A stretch of DNA of 63,996 nucleotides, filler included, from Catajapyx aquilonaris (Eukaryota): the NCBI GenBank assembly GCA_000934665.2. It is 3 parts of 3 records of this genome, joined end to end, with 100 filler letters (N's around TTAATTAATTAA, not from the genome) between each part and the next. Parts side by side here need not be neighbours in the genome. Positions count along the whole stretch, not along the records: positions 21,624 to 43,090 come from JYFJ02006045.1; 2 more parts are not named here. One strand, written 5' to 3'. The number at the start of each line of letters is the position of its first letter. Positions within the stretch are counted from its first letter, which is position 1. Below, piece by piece: positions 26,549-38,995 of the stretch. The notes under the pieces were generated by a model, which was not told where the DNA came from, did not search any database, and worked only from the letters and a program-made list of their open reading frames with translations. Position numbers and translations under genes: made by a program.

Positions 26549-27724
26549 CTACTTCTCCTCTTTGCCTTTGGTGCAGTTCTTACGCTCGTCTTTATCCTTG
26601 TTTGTCTTCTCACTTGCTTGGGCATCTAATATCTCCTCCTCCACCTGGCGAAACCGTTTGCATTTGCAACTTGTCACAATTTTGACCTTGTAGTTCTTGA
26701 AGGATGTTCCTCCTGCGCAGTTCATGAGGACGCGCACATAGTGGACGTCATCATCCACACACTGCCAGTATTTTAGCTTGGACTCTGGCCATATCTGAAA
26801 TATAATATTGTTCATCAGAATCAGCCTAAGGCTCATATTGACACACACGTGGTGAGCACCGTATCCAGCAAGATCCTCACCTTCTTGGTCTTGGCAAACC
26901 ACTGCATGTCATAGATTGGCATACAGTGCCCATAGCAATTGGCATGCAGGATTGGCTCCACCGATGTGCAGTCCTTGTCCACCACGTACATGGACTCCGG
27001 TTTGCTGCGGCAACCCATCAGCATATCTGTCCAGAAGGAAAGAAACAATCAGCGTGGTGCCATTTGATACTGCCCCCCCCCTCCCTCCCTTCCAAGTTCG
27101 GTGCCCTCAGCAACCCTATGCCCTAGGCAGCAAGGCCGTGCAAAGTACAAAATTACTGCATATATTTGCAAGGCTTGTCATTAAACACCCACTCTCGTTT
27201 TACCGTTCCCACGAAAATTCAGCTGGACAGCTGACACATATATCCAGTGTATGTTTGTTCACATGTGATGGGTACCATACTCGGGTGCTACATACCATGA
27301 TCCTTCTTATGTTGTGCCCATTGTTGCTTCTCCAAACGTCGTGAATCAGACACTTTCACCCTGTAACACAACAGAAAAGATGAAACAGTGAACGGAAACA
27401 TTCACCTGGTTGTTGATCTCACAGGGCGTAGTTTGGTCGGGTGTAATAAGGTGTGGTGAAATCGCTGCTGAACGTTGCGATACTGGCTTCTGTGGCTGCG
27501 TCATCCTGTGCGGCACCCTCCTGGTTGGCTACGTATATTGTTGGACACAGCGACATTGTAAAGGTCTCCGGCGATGTCATCACCAAGGCAGGGAACACGA
27601 TGGCCTTGGTTTCCGCCCTCTTGCTGTCACTGACACTTCCACTTTTGGCGTTAGGCAAGATGACAGGATTTGCCAAGCACCAGCCCACCATCACCATCAG
27701 CACGATCATCTTGGCGAACACCAT
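26549..27724 (-). CDS. SOSTDC1: Sclerostin/SOSTDC1 (Wise)-like secreted cystine-knot protein, 4 coding exons (27724-27423, 27360-27296, 27026-26881, 26794-26549), 252 aa
   Basis: Signal peptide MVFAKMIVLMVMVGWCLA. All three introns are GT-AG with consistent phases (2, 1, 0). The spliced knot GCRSKPESMYVVDKDCTSVEPILHANCYGHCMP...IWPESKLKYWQCVDD...VLMNCAGGTSFKNYKVKIVTSCKCKR has the 8 cysteines and the W-x-CV and CKCKR motifs of SOST/SOSTDC1. The exon 1/2 junctions are less certain than the knot exons. Confidence 0.88.
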
Positions 27725-28845
27725 AGTTGTTTGTCAGCTACTGCTGCGGCTCGATAGTTCTTCTCTTGGGTTCCCAGTAACAGTATGATCGAGAGTAGGA
27801 CCTATCCGGACCTATCACAAGAGCGACTCTGGAGCATTTGTGGTGACGAAAAGCAACACTCGGTAGAAATCTCGACGTTCATTGGATGTTGCTGAGCGTT
27901 GAGGTATTCTGGGCGGACCTGAAGGTGGTGAGCAAGAAGAAGGTGGTGGGGGATGGGGGGGTCTGGGATGACAGGGGGGCAAGCCGGCAAGGGAATAGTA
28001 GGGCAAATGTTGACAAGCTTATAATAAATATAAGCATTGTTTTTTTGGACCCTGATCATTGCTCATCACGTCATATTTAGAAATAGATGACACCAATAAT
28101 TTCCATTGTAGTTACTCTCATTCTTCAGTTTTTGCCATATAAAAGCCTTGGGATTGTTAGGAGAGACGTAACTAAGCTATGAGGCATTAAAATTCTTCAA
28201 CTGTCTGATTATAATGTTTCTGAATGTTAATTGATTGTCATATATTAGATCAATCTGCTATCAATCTGCTGGTTGTGGCATACCAAATTAGGTGCACACA
28301 ATTTCATTAGGTTCGAATAAGATTTTATAATATGTGTGTAATAGCTCAAAGCATATCTCTATGATAACACACCCACTAGACTGTCTTGAAATACGGATAG
28401 TCTCATCGAAATTCCAGATAATACGGAATCCTATATAGCGAACGTGTGCGGGGGTGAACAAAAATATACCGGTGTATCACAGGAAGTGGTTCAAGTTAGG
28501 GGTCAAATATTACGACCAGGTGTGTGTGACTCACTGACAGGCAAAAGACACCAGTGATGAGGACTAGAAAATGCAGAGAAAATGCATATCGTAATCAGTT
28601 ATGTTTATTACACAGCACAACTACTGTACATGGATATAATTATGTCAGATTTTCAGCGTGTTTCTCTAGTTGACGATGCCATCTAAGAACTGAGACTGAT
28701 CTATTCACTCTACCAAGAGCCAGCTGGAGAGGAACAGTATAGACCTAATAAACAGTAATAAAGTACACATTGCATAATTAGGCCTACTACAATGGCCGTA
28801 CTAAAATTATTATTATTATTGGACTTTATTCCCCCCCCCCCCCCC

Positions 28846-29188
28846 ATACATGACCCTTGCAGGTTGGCAGATAGGCCCCTCGTGGAGCCGAATGCATAGA
28901 AGTCATGGGTATGTCAACCTCTCCAGGCCCTCCCGCAGGAACCGCTTTTTGGTGGTACGGACAACTGCATAATTATAGTCGTAACAACTGTCAACAATGT
29001 CCTGAAAATGGCAAAAAGTGGTTTCTGGAGGGCCTGGAGAGGTTGATACACTCATGATTCTTTTTGAGACTCCAGGAGCAATCTCTCGATAATGTGTGCC
29101 AATCTGCCGACCTTCATGGGCCCTACATTTGTGGCAAAAAATAAATAAAAATAAAGTGCAAATCATTTTAGTACCCTCGTACCCTCGT
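28846..29188. mobile_element. Second, more degraded copy of the 11557-12143 mariner derivative
   Basis: Shares CAACCTCTCCAGGCCCTCC / GGAGGGCCTGGAGAGGTTG and CATTTGTGGCAAAAAA, and ends CCCTCG-TA. Confidence 0.75.
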
Positions 29189-30526
29189 ACGTACATTCAA
29201 GTGATGACATAATAGTATATTTAAAGGAAATACTGTGATATTATTTGTTGGTCACAATGCTTTGTAAATAATTATTGGTGTCATGTCAAAACCAAATGGC
29301 AATAATACAGTAAGTAGCGTCTCATTAACTTATTCCAATTGTTATGTTTTGCTGAATTTTGAATTTACAGGTTGCCTTTCCAAACTGATTCCAGTAGCCT
29401 ACCATGAAACGGCACTGTCTTATCACCGGTATCAGTGTTCCTAATGCATTCGATAAAAACACTCCACCTTAAAAATAATAATTCCGTCAAGCATAGAATC
29501 TTATTGTAGCATTACTGCGGTAGCATATAACATGGTGAATCACTTCCACATACATTACAAAAAATAGGAAGCCCTACGAGATTAACGCATTCAGCGATAT
29601 AAATGATTTTTTTCCTTCCTCGTAAGAAGAAGGTTGTGCATTACTAGGAAAATGAGGAAAGCGGTACTTTTTCGTGACATACCCAACACAATGCCAATTT
29701 CTGCGAATGCCACAATAAACATTATTACATGATTCCACAATCGTTCTCTGAGAACGCATGTTTATAGGCCGTAGGGTGTCCTTAACTTGCATACCTTGCA
29801 CCCCCAATTATTTCGTGCCGTTTGTACAGTATGGTCACTAAAGATAGCGAAACTATCCAGTACAACGATAATAACGAAACACATTTGCGTGCCCGTATTA
29901 ACCATGTAGGCTACATCAGCATTGTAACATCAGAAATAAGTTGACATTGGAGTAAGGTGTTCACCCCAAGGTTCCCATCCCGCATATCAGTTTGACGTCT
30001 CAGACTACCGGTATTACTCATTCGATGTCCTCTGTGAAATTGGAGCGGAGCGAGTGGTTGCCTGCAGAACAGGATACACGTGTGGTGTAAAATAATTATT
30101 GCTTGTGAGGTCAGGCCCCTTCTCTGGTTGCAGCCTACGGCAGCAAAATCTGTCACGTTAGATCATGTAAATTCTCAAGTGTGCGAGATATCACAGGAAA
30201 AGGTGCTGCAGAATATCATTTTGGTAACGTGAGATCGTGAGATCCTAGCGAGGCGACAGCAAGTCATAAACCTGAATTTTCTACGTCATCGCTGACTACC
30301 ACCGCAAGGATAATGTCCTAATGTACAGGGCTGATAAATGAAATGTTGACACACAAAGGTCAAATAATTTTGTCAATCTTCTGGCCACCTTGTCCAAACC
30401 GGAGTAGTAGAAGTCAGGATTTCACCCGAGATTTCACCTTCCAAAGATTTCCACATTTGTCTCGGTCACTCCCATGGAGTCAATAATCGTGAAGGTGTGT
30501 TTTCACATTTAGGAACAAATAATATA

Positions 30527-31178
30527 CAGGGTGTAACAAGACCCAATGCATAAATTTTAAAGGTGGGTAGGGGACCCCAAAACAAACATTTTTGACCAAT
30601 GAACCCACCCTCTAAAAAAATCAGCAAATTTACTGAAATTGCTAACTGGTTAGTACCTGTAGTAACAGTTATGGGGTTGCTGCTACTCAACAGGAGCGTT
30701 GTCATGGTATAGTGTTGACAATTTAGTCAGTACTGTAAAAAGTCATCACCACCACAAATCAATGAAAGCTGACAAGAAACTCACCACCAACTTTATTGCA
30801 CCCAACACAAAACTGTAATCAAAGGAGCTGCTAAAAGTGTCCTCCAGCCACTTGGACACACAGCCTACAACGACGCACAAGAGATTCCTGAGTTGATTGG
30901 AACAACACTGAATTGTTTATTTTCCAGACTTTTACTTGTTGTGTTGTACCAGACAATTACTTGTCGACACTACCATGACAACGCTACCATAGAGTAGCAG
31001 CAAACCACATAACTGTTACCGTACCACAGGTACTAACAAGTTATCGATTTCAGTAAATTTGATGATTTTTTAGAGGGTGGGTGATTTTTTTAGAGGGTGG
31101 GTTCATTGGTCAAAAATGTTTGTTTTGGGGTCCCCTACCCACCTTTAAAATTTATGCATTGGGTCTTGTTACACCCTG
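30527..31178 (-). mobile_element. Tc1/mariner-superfamily deletion derivative with ~190-bp TIRs
   Basis: TA-CAGGGTGTAACAAGACCC...TTACACCCTG-TA. The internal minus-strand remnant QESLVRRCRLCVQVAGGHF*QLL* is typical of transposase C-termini (GGHFEQLL). Confidence 0.85.
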
Positions 31179-31350
31179 TATAGAGATCAGATATGGCGGG
31201 TAGGGTTGGTGAGGAAGTAGCTGGAACAAACAATATATTCTTAGCAGCAGACATCGTAATCCGGGTATTATGAGCTGGAGAATTGTTTCGGAGAAGGCGG
31301 ACATTTTTTGCTGTTTTCCAACTTCTTGGGCTTCTGGAACTTGTGCAGAA

Positions 31351-32691
31351 TAGGGTGGAGCGAAAAAAACGAAAGTTGTCCGATTAAATCGCACGGGGTG
31401 TCAAAAGTTGTGTATGGACAAGTATATTAACACTGGTGAATTCTTTTATAATTTTCGTACTGCATCTTCATTTGTCGCGAGAGCCTTCAAGTTTCGCCAT
31501 TTTTGCGAGAACAACACAAATTACGAGGTACATTTTGCAACACGATTTTTGTCCATGGAAATTCATCGCTATTTCCATGTTGCTTACGTCGCTGGTAACT
31601 CATAATAATTGACCATTCATTTTGTCTGGGATTTGTTTTTGACCTTGGGGCAGTTGCAGTCAAAAAAGCAAATTCCTCGAAATAGTGCATACGGGTCATT
31701 CCGAATGAAGTAGGCCGAAATGTTGCTAGACCATCTCGGAATTTGCTGAAAAATATCACCGCTGTACATGACTATGCAATAACACGTCATGTCAAGTTTC
31801 AGCGAAATTACGCAATCCCGTTGGGAGGGAAAAAATCGCGAAATTTAGGAAAATAGTGAAAATCTAATATTCATTTCGGTTAGTGGAAATGGTCCAACAC
31901 CAATCAACAATACATCAAATGAAAGAGGATGACGAGCGAAATGCGCCTATGGAATTAGTTCTCCTCTCGAATGTAACCAGAAAATTTCAAAATTCTTGGA
32001 CATGTGACCGAGCACGTGACCGATGGAATGCCACGCACAATTTTCTGGTTACACTTTAGAAGAGAACTAATTCCATAGCCGCATTCCCCTCGTGATCCTC
32101 TTTCATTCGATGTATTGTTTATTGGTGTTGGACCATTTCCACTAACCGAAAAAATTATCCGAAAGGGCCTGATTTTCACGGCTATTTTCCAGAATTTCGC
32201 GATTTTTTCCCTCCCAACGGGATTGCGTAATTTCGCTGAAACTTGACATGACGTGTTATTGCATATTCATGTACAGCGGCGATATTTTTCAGCAAATTCC
32301 GAGATGGTCTAGAAACATTTCGGCCTACTTCATTTGGAATGACCCGTATGCACTATTTCGAGGAATTTGGTTTTTTTTACTGCAACTGCCGTACTGCCCC
32401 AAGGACAAAAACAAATCCCAGACAAAATGAATGATCAATTATTATGAGTTACCAGCCCTAGTTACCAGCGACGTAAGCAACATGGAAATAGCGATGAATT
32501 TCCATGGACAAAAATCGTGTTGCATAATGTAATATGTGTTGTTCTCGCAAAAATGGCGAGACTTGACGGCTCTGGCGATAAATGAAGATGCAGTACGAAA
32601 ATTCTAAAAAAAATCACCAGTCCATATACAACTTTTGACACCCCGTGCGATTTAATCGGACAACTGTCGTTTTTTTTTTCGCTCCACCCTA
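31351..32691. mobile_element. hAT(m)-like foldback element with ~635-bp inverted arms
   Basis: TAGGGTGGAGCG...CGCTCCACCCTA, with 8-bp TSD GTGCAGAA/GTGCAGAT (7/8 match). The arms meet across a ~50-bp spacer at ~31988-32038. Confidence 0.85.
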
Positions 32692-33319
32692 GTGCAGATG
32701 TAGTGCTCTCTATTAATATGGAATCCCCATTTCGAAGTAATCCTGTATAGCAGAACTCCATCTGTGCCCCCAGAGACACTGACCAATGTTGAGCTCAATT
32801 TTAGCACTCTCTCCTCCTTCGTTCTGTATTTTCATATTTTCATAATTGTGTTAGAGCACTAATTGAAGACAAAAGTAAAATAGAGTTGCAAAAACATGCT
32901 CATGATAAACAAGAAGGACAAAGCGAAAGTGAACAATACAATTCCCAAGACAGACAATAGACAAATACCATTATTATACCGGTACATTTACTTATCTATT
33001 GGGCACAGTCACGGACAACACACGGCCTAACGATTGGATGACGATGATGGTGGTGGTGACTTGATTACTGGATGATTGGTGAATGGTGATGTGATGTCTG
33101 AACGATTGATGGCGTGTTGACTGGATGGCAGGTGGCCTGATTGTTTGATGACTGGAAGCTGAATGCTTAATTGCCGAGTGTTTTAAAACCTGATTGTTGC
33201 AGTTGATTTTGTGTATTTGTTTTAGTGTCCAATAAACTCCTTAATAGTCACGGACACTCCAGGCTCACTAATAGAGTGTGTGGCCGTCATCATGTATAGT
33301 ATTTCGGTTTGAAATTGGC

Positions 33320-33560
33320 GCGAGCCAATGGTAGGCGAGGTGTTAAGCAGTCTGGCAACACTGCTTTGGGAGAGAAGCCATTCGAGTGAGAAGAGAGGCA
33401 CGTGCTACTGAAGGTTTGTGTCGGTTTGTCTTTGTGACCTCTTGGCCCTTCTCTCTAGCGTTGGGCACTTTGCCCAGTTGACCACCCACTAGAGAGCCCT
33501 AGTAACACTGCCCCGTCCTTCCTCGACCCTTTTCGCTGCCTGACCGCCTATCTGGTAAGT
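33320..33560 (+). promoter_or_regulatory. Candidate ATIC promoter and non-coding first exon
   Basis: CCAAT at 33325, E-box CACGTG at 33399-33404, and a consensus donor CTG|GTAAGT at 33554/33555. A matching acceptor TTTACCCTTGCAG| sits at 37246, upstream of the ATIC ATG. Inference only. Confidence 0.4.
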
Positions 33561-34288
33561 TGCTCTCTCGCTTCTGCGCTATATCGCTCAAAAAGATGGA
33601 GATAACTGTACTCCCGATTATCCGGTTGCGGATTATCGGTGTTTTCCGATTACCATGTGCTTTCAAGAATGAGCATTTGAGAATACACTTGATTCTGGAT
33701 ATAAGAGACTTCAAAGGACCGTGGAAATCAATATCCTATAACAGGTTTTGGTAATTAGGGAGTTTAGGTGGGCACTGAGTATTGCTTATAGCTGAGGTTC
33801 TTATATCTGGAGTTGACTGTATTTAACAGCTACAGAATGCCCCTGACATTAAGTGGATCATTCTGGAACCCTATGGATAAGTCGTTTTGGTATGTAACTT
33901 GGAGCCATGTACCTTATACACATAATGCAATAATAATTAAATGATTTGCATTTCGGCCTCCAAGTCAATCACTTGAAGCTTGTGAGGATTTCCCTTTCTG
34001 TTAAATGAATGATTTCAACCAGATATTGTTAGTGGAATTGACAAAAAAAGGTATAATGGAAAAGTAGCATGAAAATGTTCACAAGAAGTTATTTAATGAA
34101 GTGGCTAACACGTGTAAGCTGAGACAGGCAGCTCCGAGTTGTTATGCAGAGAAATTTAAAATATTTTCTTGCAATTAGTGGCATTTTACATTATCAAATT
34201 TTGTTGATTTTTTTGCACATTTTGAAGCTGCATATGTTGGTGTCCACGTGTATTTTTATTTCTAGTACAAGACTATTATTGCTTTATA

Positions 34289-35390
34289 CAGGGTGATTCA
34301 CTAGGTAGTCCCCCCAAATATGGCCCTTCCCATTCTACCTAAAAACATGGCGTTTGGTTTAAAACTTTCCATAGTTCATGGGAATGTAACACCATTCACA
34401 ATAATAGCTGGAATTGACCTTCGACGACCTCCATACACACTCAAACGCGATACTACGTGCATCTCCTTATTATCGCAAGTCCTCCGCAGCATATCCTCAA
34501 CGACAGTCCGGATTGCTGCACTGATGTTGCTTTTCAAATATTCTAACCTTGAGGCTTATTGTTGTAAGCACAATACATACATACATAGATGCATTTCTTC
34601 ATGGCATTAGTTCCCGTAGAGGGGTAGCCAGTGGTGGCCAGGTATTACCTGACCACCTCATTAAGTCCAACATAATCACGCCTCTGGTGACTAGTCAGGC
34701 CACAATAACTTTTCAAATATCCCCATTAGCGGCTTTTTGGACTGGTGGAAACAGAATACCCAGTTTCTTTTGACAAAACATCATAGTGACATTTTCCAGT
34801 GATGGCAGCACCCTGTGCTTCACGTCTTCGATTTTTTCCATCCTCTAAAGGAGGTCATCTGCCACTGTATTGGTCCAAAACGCACAGTGCTGACTGTTGA
34901 TGTCGAAATGCTATGGAGGACCTCCTCCTATATACGACCTATATATGACCTACTAGCTGTGACACCCGGCATTGCTCGGGAAGAACTTAATGGAAAGCAA
35001 GCTGAAACGGACAGGGGAAAAAATACATGTAATTAAGAATCTTAATTAATGGAAGGCCAGGTTGGTAGGACGGGAGAGGTTGGAGGTGTAGGAGGCGGAC
35101 CACAGATGCCGGGCAAATGACGGTTGGCGTTCCAGGCGGACAGACAGACAGAGAGACGGATCACAAACGGCTTTATTTATACAGATATTCTTACCTATAA
35201 TAAGGAGATGGCATCGCATTGCGTTCAAGTGGGTATGGAGGTCATCGAAGGTCAATTCCAGCATTTTTTGTGAATAGTGCTACATTTCCATGAAATAAGG
35301 TGAATTTTAAACCAAACATCATGTTTCGAGGTAGAGTAGGTACAAAAATTTAGCTGATTCTTTGGGGGCACTACCTAGTGAAACACCCTG
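34289..35390 (-). mobile_element. Tc1/mariner-superfamily deletion derivative
   Basis: CAGGGTGATTCACTAGGTAG versus CTACCTAGTGAAACACCCTG, with subterminal inverted similarity. Weak transposase-like remnant LEYLKSNISAAIRTVVEDMLRRTCDN on minus. Confidence 0.7.
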
Positions 35391-35674
35391 TGTACTGAAA
35401 GGCATGCATACCTTTATGTTTTACAGTTTGAAAAGGTCTACAAGTGCAGTGTGATCTTGACCCATTCCCTTAATACCACCCAACAGCCAATCCAAACCTA
35501 ATACCCTAGGTCAGTGAGATGCTTTCAGAGATGCAGAGTTGACATGTCTTGCATGTAATAATTTTAAAGGTACCTTGAATCAGAAGAGTGACATGACAAC
35601 TCCACTCCCTTTGCAAGTGCTTTAATTGACTTAATTATTGTGTTTTCTTGAGCTGGTGGGTGGTACAGTATTAA

Positions 35675-36658
35675 CCCTTTCGCCTCCAGCCATCTAGAAT
35701 CTAGGCGATGAGAACTCGACCGCACAGTACCAGCTAGTCCCGCCATCGCTTAGTTTTCCGCTTAAGCATATAATAAGTATAATAAGCGTATAATAAAGTA
35801 ATAACAACTTTACTTACCCGTTCGTGGAAAACATTCTGAATGTGTTGGAAACCATTTTCATGCCATAGAAGTCCCTAAATTAATTTCCAAAAATATCGCT
35901 GTAAAAACTTGAAATTCAAGTACTGCCGGTCAACTGTTAGGCTGATTTAATTATGAAATACGTTAAAATATACACAATAACAATTTTGAGAAGGGTCCCA
36001 AATGAATTTGCTGAAATCGTTGTGCTTTTCGAGAAATAAGTAAATTTGGGAGTTATCCGACAGGCAAGTCGCAGAAAAGTATTAATTTAGTTCTCGGAAA
36101 GTACAACGATTTCAAGTCTTCTGGCGTGGTTCTCATGATTGTTATTCTGTATATTTTAACGTATTGCATAATTTAAATAAGGCTAACAGTTGGCCGGTAG
36201 TAGTTGGATTTTCATCTCTACAGGGATCTTTTTGGAAATTAATTTACTGACTTATAGCCAAGGAAAATTGTTTCAAATACATACGTTGTGTTTTGCATGA
36301 ATGGGTAAGTACTAAGTACAGCTGTTACTATTTGTAAAATATCTTGCCCTTACCTTCAGAGTACGGTACTTGTAGGTTGAACAGGAGGGAAAATCTAGGC
36401 GGAAATATAGTGGGTATACTGTGCGGCAATCTTTTTGGAAATTAATTTACAGACTTCTATGCGAGTAAAATTGTTTCCAACGCATGCACTGTGTAGAGCA
36501 TGAATGTAAAAGTATAGCTGTTATTATTTGTAAAATATTGTATCCTTCTTTGCAAGTGGAAATGTAGCGAAAAGAATCTTGGCGATGGAGGCATAGCTGG
36601 TACTACATGGCAGTGGAATTCTCATCACCTAGATTCTAGGTGGCTAGGGCCGAAGAGG
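35675..36658. mobile_element. piggyBac-like non-autonomous element
   Basis: TTAA-CCCTTTCGCC...GGCCGAAGAGG-TTAA, with degenerate terminal and internal inverted repeats (CTAGAATCTAGG / CCTAGATTCTAG). Confidence 0.75.
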
Positions 36659-36668
36659 TTAAGGCACT

Positions 36669-36730
<62 letters not shown>
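36669..36730. repeat. (TAA)n microsatellite, possibly a retroposon tail
   Basis: Read directly from the sequence. The adjacent sequence resembles 37741-37830, which also follows an (AAT)n run. Confidence 0.85.
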
Positions 36731-36731
<1 letters not shown>

Positions 36732-37290
36732 TCTTGGGTAGTGCCTGACCCTATATAGGGTATGCGGCACAGACCTTTATTGTAACTTGTAGTACATAGA
36801 CCATATTTTTGAAATGCCCGGGCCCAACGGGCAGGATGACAGGAGGGGATGTGCAAGGTGCAGTGCAATGTCTTAAACGTGGCCATTTTTAGTGAACTCC
36901 CCCGGGTGGTTTAGTCTGTTGGAAATACCACCCGAGACGAAGCCAGAGGTGACCCTGGTTAAGGCACTTGTTAGTATATTGTGCCGACCTACTATTGAGG
37001 GCATGAATAGCTAGCTACAACTGTATTGCAAGGTAATTTTTATGACAAGATCCATCAAATTATCTGTTCAAAATGTTGTGGGATACGCAGGGAAAGAAAG
37101 GAGTTTGTAGCTTGAAGTAATCAAGTGTACTTGATCACAAGTGATTGTAATGAGGCATGCACTTGAAAGTGGCATGGTTGAAGCTTTGAGTAACACAGGA
37201 TAGCTCTGTAGAAGTAGTTGTTAACCTTCTCACTTTACCCTTGCAGTTTGTGTAACTACTGTCATTGCTGCACACTAGAATTTCTCAGCC

Positions 37291-37309
37291 ATGGCTTCCA
37301 CCTACTTAG
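37291..37309 (+). CDS. ATIC: ATIC (bifunctional AICAR transformylase/IMP cyclohydrolase), coding exon 1
   Basis: GCC-ATG GCT TCC ACC TAC TTA G|GTAAGT; the phase-1 donor is in frame with the next exon. Confidence 0.8.
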
Positions 37310-37474
37310 GTAAGTATTTAAAAAATTATTTTCACTATTTGTGATTGACATCACTCCAAATTTACATTGTGTAATCTTATTCAGGTATCACGTATGCCAT
37401 GTGATCATGCCAGAGTATCTCTTTTAGGGCACTATTGAGAGAATGCGCAATTAATTGGATGTTAACTTCCACAG

Positions 37475-37678
37475 CACTGCTGAGTGTCTCTGACAAGACT
37501 GGCCTTATTCCATTTGCTCAAAGACTTCACAGAGTTGGACTGACTCTGGTAGCTTCTGGTGGTACTGCCAAGATGCTTCGTGAGGTTGGACTGCCTGTGA
37601 AGGATGTCTCTGATATCACGGGTGCACCTGAGATGTTGGGTGGCCGAGTCAAGACCCTGCATCCTGCAGTCCATGCTG
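37475..37678 (+). CDS. ATIC: ATIC coding exon 2 (MGS-like/IMP cyclohydrolase N-terminus); gene incomplete in window
   Basis: [18 protein letters not shown]...[11 protein letters not shown]...[26 protein letters not shown] is the PurH signature. Acceptor CCACAG|, donor G|GTAATT, 204 nt, phase 1-1. Confidence 0.95.
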
Positions 37679-37897
37679 GTAATTACTGTCTTGCAGTGGT
37701 GTTGAGCTGGGTTCACAGCCATTGTAATAATATTAATAATAATAATCGTGGGTAGTGTGGACCTTTATTGATCTTGAAATACGATGTACATAACGAACCT
37801 TTGAACGAAACGCCTGGGTCCGCGGGCTTGTGGGGAAAGGGAGGTTCCAAAGGGAGGGCACCCTTAATTAGTTTCTAGTCATTTCTGACCCTCTTAA

Positions 37898-38813
37898 GAG
37901 CGTGCTTTAGCCTCCTCACAGCGAGTTGGCTGCCTGCCAAGACCCATCCCGCGAGTTACTCTTATTCCTCTTGCTGTAGCAGGCACAATTATGGAATTGT
38001 ATCGGCATGAAACTTGAGGATCTGGTTGGGAAAGGATTGAATTTTCAGGTGCTGCTTTTATTTTTATTTTGTCGCAATTTTTGAGGCAGCTGTGCGGAGG
38101 TAAACTTTTTGACTTTGAACCGCAATCACTCCTTTCCATGTCGGTGCGTGTGAGATTTGCTGCCTCCACAGTGTTTTTACATCCTTATACTAAATGTCTA
38201 AACGGGCACATGTGTGGCAGTCCTGGTTTTGCCAAACTTTGGGAACAAAAAGACTCCTTCAATGAGCAGGAAGGGCCTTTCGAGAGAGCCAGACAATGTG
38301 GCAGCACCGCAACGGCTGCCTGCCCGCTGCTGCACACTTCCCTCCTCCCCTCCCCCTCTTCCCCCGCCTCACTCCCCCGTAATGGCTGGTGTAGGCAGCC
38401 ATTGCGGTGCTGCCACATCGTCTGGCTCTCTCGAAAGGGCCTTCCTGCTAATTGAAGGGGTCTTTTTATTCCCAAAGTTTGGCGAAACCAACACATGTGC
38501 CCTTTTTACAAACATTTAGTATAAGGATGTAAAAACACTGTGGAGGTGGCAAATTTCACACGGACCGACATGGAAAGGAGTGATTGCGGTTCAAAGTCAA
38601 AAAGTTTACCTCCCACAGCTGCGTCAAAAATGGCGACAAAAGAAAAATAAAAGCAGCACCTGAAAATTCAATCCTTTCCCGATCAGATCCTCAAGTTTCA
38701 TCCCGATATCTCCAGATTTGTGCCCGCCACAGCGAGAGAAAGAAGAATCTAACTCGCGGGATGCGTCTTGGCAGGCGGCCAACTCTCTGCGATGGGGAGG
38801 CTAGAGCGCGCTC
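37898..38813. mobile_element. Kolobok-like foldback element
   Basis: TTAA-GAGCG...CGCTC-TTAA (TTAA TSD with purine-purine termini). ~430-bp inverted arms surround a C-rich spacer. Confidence 0.8.
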
Positions 38814-38814
38814 T

Positions 38815-38995
38815 TAAATACCAGACCTTATCTCCTGGCCCTGGGCAGAGGAGGGAGTGCAATTCTGCCCGGACATCTCGGGTGAAAAGCAGATAAAGAC
38901 CCGACCAAGCGAAGGTGATGGGGATGGGATTTTTTGAATCTTGGACCTCCCGCTTGGCTGGCCAGTAGCATAGCCACTAGACCACCATTCACCAC
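38815..38995 (-). mobile_element. tRNA-derived SINE, family B
   Basis: Reverse-complement homologue of 5926-6112. Confidence 0.75.

Noticed and set aside
27361..27406. Alternative donor CAG|GTGAAT for the SOSTDC1-like intron 1
   Set aside because: It lies past the in-frame TGA; the upstream CT|GTGAGA donor keeps the frame.
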